Origin: an uncultured archaeon
GTDB taxonomy: Archaea > Thermoproteota > EX4484-205 > JAAOZP01
NCBI GenBank assembly: GCA_938045545.1
Contig: CALIBN010000012.1
Location: 32,001-96,000, forward strand
DNA length: 64,000 nt
Direction of reading: 5' to 3'
A program made the translations under genes and the position numbers. Below are positions 58,658 through 64,000 of the stretch, in pieces (position 1 is the stretch's first letter; each line of letters starts with the position of its first letter). A model generated the notes under the pieces. The model was not told where the DNA came from, ran no database searches, and worked only from the letters and a program-made list of their open reading frames with translations.

Positions 58658-60557
58658 ATGCTGAAAATGCGATGCGAAGCACCAGCCAAAAAATCCTTGC
58701 CAATTTCATCAATGCAGCCTAACAAAAACACGAAAGAAAAAATGTGGGTATACTACTTAATTCTTGTGGTTCTCATAGCCGCTTTACTTCTAATCCTCCG
58801 GCAGCTTTATATAGAACAACTACTCTATCTAAAAGAAACTCTGAAAGAACCTATGGAGCCTGCGAAACTCTCTTTCGCTGAAGTTCAATTATCTAACTAG
58901 AATCCTAGGGTTTATGAGCTTGTAGAGGTGAACATCAGACTCGATGGCAACATAAGCGATCCGTTTGATGAAAACGAGGTGAGTATAAAATCTGAGGTAG
59001 TTCTTCCAGATGGTAGGAAATGGAATATTCAAGCCTTCTTTTACCAAGATTATGAGAGAAGCCTCGCGAACGATATGGAGGTCTTGGTTCCCTCAGGAAA
59101 GCCATATTGGAAGTTGAGGTTTACACCCATATTAGAGGGGGAGTATTCTGTGAATTTATACGTCTATTCTAGAGGTAGACCTATGGATTCATATGAACTA
59201 TCTTTAGGCGCGAGTGGTTATTCGCATGACGCGGGTTTTGTAAGGTTAAAAGATAATTACCTAGTTTGTGATAACGGATCCGACCTTTTTCTAATCGGTC
59301 AGAATGTTTGTTAGTATGGCCCATCTAAGAAAACATACGATTATGACATTTGGTTGGAAAAATGGCGGAGAATGGTATGAATTACGCAAGAATATGGATG
59401 GCCCCTTGGGCGTTTGCAGTAGAGTGGAATAATAAGGCAGGCAAGTATGATTTGAAAGAGGCATGGAGACTAGACTATATCCTAAGGCTTGCGGAGGAGA
59501 AGGGAATATACTTGATGCTGTGCCTAGTCAACCATGGGCAACTTAGGGAAAGCGATAACTGGAGTGGGAATCCTTATAATAAGGCTAGGGTAGGACCATT
59601 ATCCTCGCCTGAGAAATTCTTCATGGATTCTACTGCAAAGGACCTTTTCAAGAAAAGGCTTAGATACTTAGTCTCAAGATATGCTTACAGCACCCATCTG
59701 TTAGCCTGGGAGTTTTTCAACGAAGTCGAGTTAACAGACAACTATAACCCTTCCAACGTGGCGAACTGGCATAAAGAGATGGCGGACTACTTGAGAAGCA
59801 TCGACCCATATAAACATTTAATCACTACAAGTTTCGGGGGACCAAGGGAAGGAGATCTAATTCGGAGAACATTCGGTTTAGATTCCACGCAGACGCACAT
59901 GTATGGTCCAGACGTTAAGGATCTTGCAGGAGTGATTTCACGCGAAATAAAAAGGAAGCTATCAACATATGGAAAGCCAACCCTATTCGGAGAATTTGGC
60001 GCCGACTGGAGATGGTTCGACTCCCCATTATATTATAAGGATAAGGAAGGTGTCGAGGTCCATGAGGGTATATGGGCCTCTCTTATGAGCGGATCCTTTG
60101 GAACAGCGATGTTATGGTGGTGGGATGTTTACGTCGACCCATATAACCTATACTATCATTACAATGCTTTGAGAAAATTCGTGGCAAAACATTAGCTTCA
60201 GCAGATCCGGATTTACTGAGCTCAAGTATAGGCTGGTTGACAATAAGAAGATTAATGCGTCGAACATTAATTTCGAGATTTTTGGTCTTAGAAACGAAAC
60301 GTTCGCAATGGGTTGGGTGAGAAACAAAGATTACAACTGGTTTAATGCTATCAGCAACGTTACTCTTAAGCTAGTTGGAGGAATGATGTAGAGTTCGTAG
60401 AATTTAACCCGGGAAGCTACTTATTGGAGGTATGGAATACGTATACTGGGGAAAGAACGGGACTTAGCAAAATAGAATCCGCTAACGGTAAGCTTGTGGT
60501 GGAGATTCCTTCTTTTCTTAAAGACATATCCTTTAAAGTAATCATGGTTGAAAAATA
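58658..60557 (+). pseudogene. Membrane-anchored DUF5060 plus GH5-like glycoside hydrolase, disrupted
   Basis: Fragments with DPFDENEV, AWEFFNE (acid/base), FGEFG (nucleophile) and MLWWWD. TAG at 58898 and 59312, frameshifts near 59345 and 60190. Confidence 0.8.
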
Positions 60558-60610
60558 AGGTGGCCTCTTCATAAGCTTTATAATACTGCTGGAGGTTTCA
60601 TACGCAGAGT

Positions 60611-61093
60611 ATGAAACAGCTTGTCGTCTATTATTCGAGGACAGGGACCACGAGGAGGGTTGCACAGGCCATCGCGGAGGTTTTAAAATGCGATGCTGAG
60701 GAAATACGGGATTTGAAGAATAGGGCTGGTGTCTTTGGCTGGCTGAGTTCAGGCATGGATGCGACCATGAAGAGGCTAACCAAGATAGCGAAGCCTGAGA
60801 AGCCCCCTGAGCTTTACGAATTAATAATAATCGGCACTCCCGTATGGAACAGTACTATGTCAACACCTATCAGAACGTACATAGTGGAATACAGGGATCG
60901 GTTTAAACAAGTCGCGTTCTTCTGCACCCAATACGGTTCCAAGAGCGATGCGTTAAAAGAAATGGAAGCCCTTTGCGGCAGAAAACCGGTTGCAACGCTT
61001 ATGCTGAGGAGAAGACGAGTAGAAACTGGAGAGTATGCTGACTTGGTTAAGCAATTCTGCACCTATATAACTCGGCGACCAGTGATCTCTTGA
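60611..61093 (+). CDS. Flavodoxin
   Basis: YYSRTGTT, IGTPVW and VAFFCT motifs. Confidence 0.9.
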   Translation: MKQLVVYYSRTGTTRRVAQAIAEVLKCDAEEIRDLKNRAGVFGWLSSGMDATMKRLTKIAKPEKPPELYELIIIGTPVWNSTMSTPIRTYIVEYRDRFKQVAFFCTQYGSKSDALKEMEALCGRKPVATLMLRRRRVETGEYADLVKQFCTYITRRPVIS

Positions 61094-61371
61094 TAAAAGT
61101 TTTGCTGAAATCGCTCTCTTAAGAAAAAATTGGGAAGGCTAGCAATTAGGGTACTACTGACAAGTATGACCTAGACGCCCCGAGTTCCAACACCATTTTT
61201 CCGAAACTTCTGTCTCTATCTTATCCCCAGTCATTTTCTGCAGCAGTATTTTCGTTTACGAATATTCAGAAAACACGGCATACTGAGAGATCCTATAAAT
61301 TGCTCTGAAAACCTAGTTTTTCAAAATTTCTTTCCCAAAACCAATTTAAAGCCAGGAGAAGAGTGATAACG

Positions 61372-61691
61372 GTGATACTATTAGAAGAAGTTAACAGTAA
61401 AATTGAAGAAGCAATCGTACACGCATTGGCTCATAAGGCTAGGCGTAACCCTCTGAGGATTGTTCGCTCTAGTGAAGGCGGTGATTCTACATCGAGTTGC
61501 TTAACGAGCCTGGATTACTTGAGAGGAAAATAAACTATCGCCTTAGACAGCTTAAAGGATTGGTTGAGAAGACTGACGAGAAGAAATACGTTTTAACGCC
61601 CCTTGGAGAGAGCAATAAATCTTTTCAATTGTACGAGAGGACGGCGTCTACGAGCCTTATGTCAAAATCCGGAGTTTACTCAAAGAAGTAA
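61372..61691 (+). pseudogene. ArsR-like winged-helix regulator, frameshifted
   Basis: ALAHKARRNPLRIV, a frameshift, then INYRLRQLKGLVEK...YVLTPLG. Confidence 0.6.
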
Positions 61692-61914
61692 TATTCACCC
61701 GTTGTGTGCCGGTTCCTTTATATGAGTGTCGTAAGTATTCCGGTAGTGTACGCCGAAAGAGGTTTCTACAAAACCTCTTTGCGCACGCACTTTGTTTTCC
61801 AGCGTGGAGCCTGAAAAAGAGCCTCTAATACTTGAAGAAGCAGCATAAATTAAATACAAGCGAGGCCCATATCTATTTTGGTTTAAAAACCGCTTTTAGC
61901 CCAAATTAAACATA

Positions 61915-62565
61915 ACCTTGTTACCTGCAGCTCTCATCCTTAGGAATAGGACAACCAGCTCTTTAACATCCCCCTCGTCTAAGAGCGCGATCTCCCTTAG
62001 CGAATGCTTTTCCTCCAAGCTTCTGATGAACTCATTGCCAAGGAAATATCCTGTCTGCTTTATTCCCTTCCCAAGATCCGAAGAAATCTCTCATCTGAGA
62101 CTTAGATTCCGGTTTTTCAACTCCCTCGCCAAACCGCTTCTATGCGCTTTATACCAGTTACTCAGTCATCATCCTGAGCCTGATGCCAACTCTTCCTTCC
62201 TAATGAAACATGTTCACATTTTTTGGCAAAGCCTTCAATTTATGGTAGGACCAGGGATCCCGCTCCATTTCCTTAAAACGCTCCCACTCGTTCCTCCATG
62301 CCATATGAGCGAGGTGCTCGATTTCGTGAACCATAAGGCCTTGAAGCCTATTCATCATCAGTATGTTCTCTGAAAGCCTTGAGAAAACCTTCTCTCTTGC
62401 AATTGTCCTCCAGTCTAAGCCTTCACCCTCATAGTTCTCCAATTGTTTCCTCAGCAACTCAGGGTACTTCTCCATGTACGATGCCTGCCAGAGATGGATT
62501 TGATGCTCCATGTCCATTGAGGAGGCAGTATACCAGTAAGTTAAGGAAGTTTTCATACGTGTCAA
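61915..62565 (-). pseudogene. Fragmented hypothetical gene
   Basis: ORF 62200-62565 plus downstream frames (TGYFLGNEFIRSLEEKHSLREIALL); boundaries approximate. Confidence 0.4.
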
Positions 62566-62718
62566 TCATTTTAACCCTTAGGCTCATCTCATCGTTACCA
62601 GTTAAACGTGGGCCTTCTTATCTTTATTGATCTTTTTAAAAAGCACATGCAAGAAGGCTGTGTTCCCACAGAATTTTTCAAGCTTAATGAAATTGGGAAA
62701 CAGGTGGCAGGGTAACCA

Positions 62719-64000
62719 TTAGGAGAAGAGGCGAAGCCATTTTGCAATCCGTTCCACGAGGAAAATGACTGTTTTCAAAGAGATTTTTACAAAGGGGTTT
62801 GTTTTGTTAAAGTACCATCCTGAGAGATCCTTTATCCAGTGGAGGTCATGCTTCAAGCAAGCCTTCATCACCTCCAGCTGTATCCCGGTAGGCCTAACCC
62901 TGTACCATTCCCCGTTCTTAAGAACACCCATGGGCACGAAATACATCGGTACTATCAGGCTTCTAAACCCTTTAAGCTCGTCTATAAGCTCAAGGGTTTT
63001 AACAAGGTCCTCAGGTTTCTCCTGGGGCATGCCAATTATTATTGTTGCTGCAGGCACTATTCTAGACTCGTGCATTATGGAAAAAGCCTCTTTCACGATG
63101 CCCGGCCAAGACTCCGCTGGGTAGGGAGCAGCTTTCGCAGGCATTGTTTTTTCAGCCAGCCTCGGGGACCCTGTTTCAACACCGACTTCAACCCCTATGT
63201 AGTCATGCTCATCCTGAAGAATTATTTCAGATAGGCGTGTTATGAGGGAATGATTCTCCTGGGCATACTTGATTGCAGAGAGGCTCACGTGGCTCCATCC
63301 GACAACCTTGAAAAGCCGCCTCGCCATCTGATGCAGCCTTATCAACGGTTCAGGCTTCGGCTTGACTCCGTCAGCCCCATATAGCAGAATGTCTTCAGCA
63401 TGCAGGAGACACCTGTCTAGCCCGCAAGCCTTATTCACCTGAAGCTCCTTCTCAATCATTTCAAGGGGGTACTGCCTCAAGGGTCTTAGAGTTACTGAGC
63501 AAAACCTGCATCCCCTTGGGCAGCCCCTCATTATTTCAACCAGCCCGTTTACCGAGGCATTTTTAATCGTAGGGATCTCGTTGAGCGTTGGAGCATCTTG
63601 GATGCCGACGTGCACATACCTCGGAAGAGGCTTGCCTTCAAGCACATGCTGCACGAGTGAAACCATAACCTTCTCAGCCTCTCCCTCAACAACCGTGTCC
63701 ACGCCCCATTTCTCAGCGTACTCGGGCATCCAGAGCCACTGCCACGCGGCGGGCCCGCCAACGATTATCTTAAGCCCGTTTTTCTTAGCCGCCCTTATCT
63801 CAGGCTTCTCCATAAACCTTTTGAAATACTTTGAGTTAACCGGCTCCTTCCCAGTTAGAACCCACCATTCGCTGCTCGGAGGCCCGAGCGCGAAATAATC
63901 ATGGTGACCTATTCCAAGAACCTTAGCGTTTTTCAAGTGTTTCCCAAGATAATCAGGGTCTATCACAGCGGTCTTAATGCCTGCTTCAAGCAGTGCAGCC
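62719..64000 (-). CDS. B12-binding-like radical SAM protein, 5' partial
   Basis: VGGPAAWQ, EIMRGCPRGCRFC and GVETGS motifs; frame open to the window edge. Confidence 0.9.
   Translation of the reverse strand, partial: AALLEAGIKTAVIDPDYLGKHLKNAKVLGIGHHDYFALGPPSSEWWVLTGKEPVNSKYFKRFMEKPEIRAAKKNGLKIIVGGPAAWQWLWMPEYAEKWGVDTVVEGEAEKVMVSLVQHVLEGKPLPRYVHVGIQDAPTLNEIPTIKNASVNGLVEIMRGCPRGCRFCSVTLRPLRQYPLEMIEKELQVNKACGLDRCLLHAEDILLYGADGVKPKPEPLIRLHQMARRLFKVVGWSHVSLSAIKYAQENHSLITRLSEIILQDEHDYIGVEVGVETGSPRLAEKTMPAKAAPYPAESWPGIVKEAFSIMHESRIVPAATIIIGMPQEKPEDLVKTLELIDELKGFRSLIVPMYFVPMGVLKNGEWYRVRPTGIQLEVMKACLKHDLHWIKDLSGWYFNKTNPFVKISLKTVIFLVERIAKWLRLFS

Noticed and set aside
58898-60195. Repeated in-frame TAG codons in the GH5-like gene (and TAG at 2108) as pyrrolysine or stop-codon recoding
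   Set aside because: The same genes also carry frameshifts, TAG 59312 sits where Trp (TGG) is expected, and intact genes in the window use TAG as a normal stop.
63749-63760. GCGGGCCCGC matching the tRNA-Arg 3' end as a possible att site
   Set aside because: It is a short GC-rich match inside the conserved VGGPAA codons of the radical SAM gene, most likely chance.
1-64000. CRISPR array, rRNA, intact transposase or integrase, reverse transcriptase
   Set aside because: No regularly spaced repeats or recognisable motifs were seen by eye. A weak or degenerate signal could have been missed.

Overview
Archaeal chromosomal window with TATA/BRE promoters, TFB, class I LysRS, LysW/LysX, the HMG-CoA synthase/thiolase/DUF35 trio and BHB tRNA introns. 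By inference the host is a TACK-type lineage such as Brockarchaeota or Bathyarchaeia. It holds about 40 intact metabolic and housekeeping genes, three intron-containing tRNAs (Arg-CCG with a 29/30 intron, Gln-CTG with 21/22 and 37/38 introns, Ala-GGC with a 37/38 intron), an intein-containing rtcB and many decayed accessory genes. Top observations: (1) The rtcB 5' leader folds into a pre-tRNA-like bulge-helix-bulge whose outer stem hides the Shine-Dalgarno, a candidate splicing-based autoregulatory switch for the tRNA ligase. (2) A fluoride riboswitch with a clear anti-SD controls a gene set that has no Fluc/CrcB exporter. (3) Two decayed copies of the same unknown cassette (Cys-rich TGT/DpdA-like gene plus a conserved hypothetical gene; the left copy also has a LAGLIDADG nuclease) are present, one flanked by a tRNA-Ala direct repeat. 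(4) A ~290-bp non-coding element carrying a promoter is duplicated. All alignments and folds were done by eye and no database searches were run.
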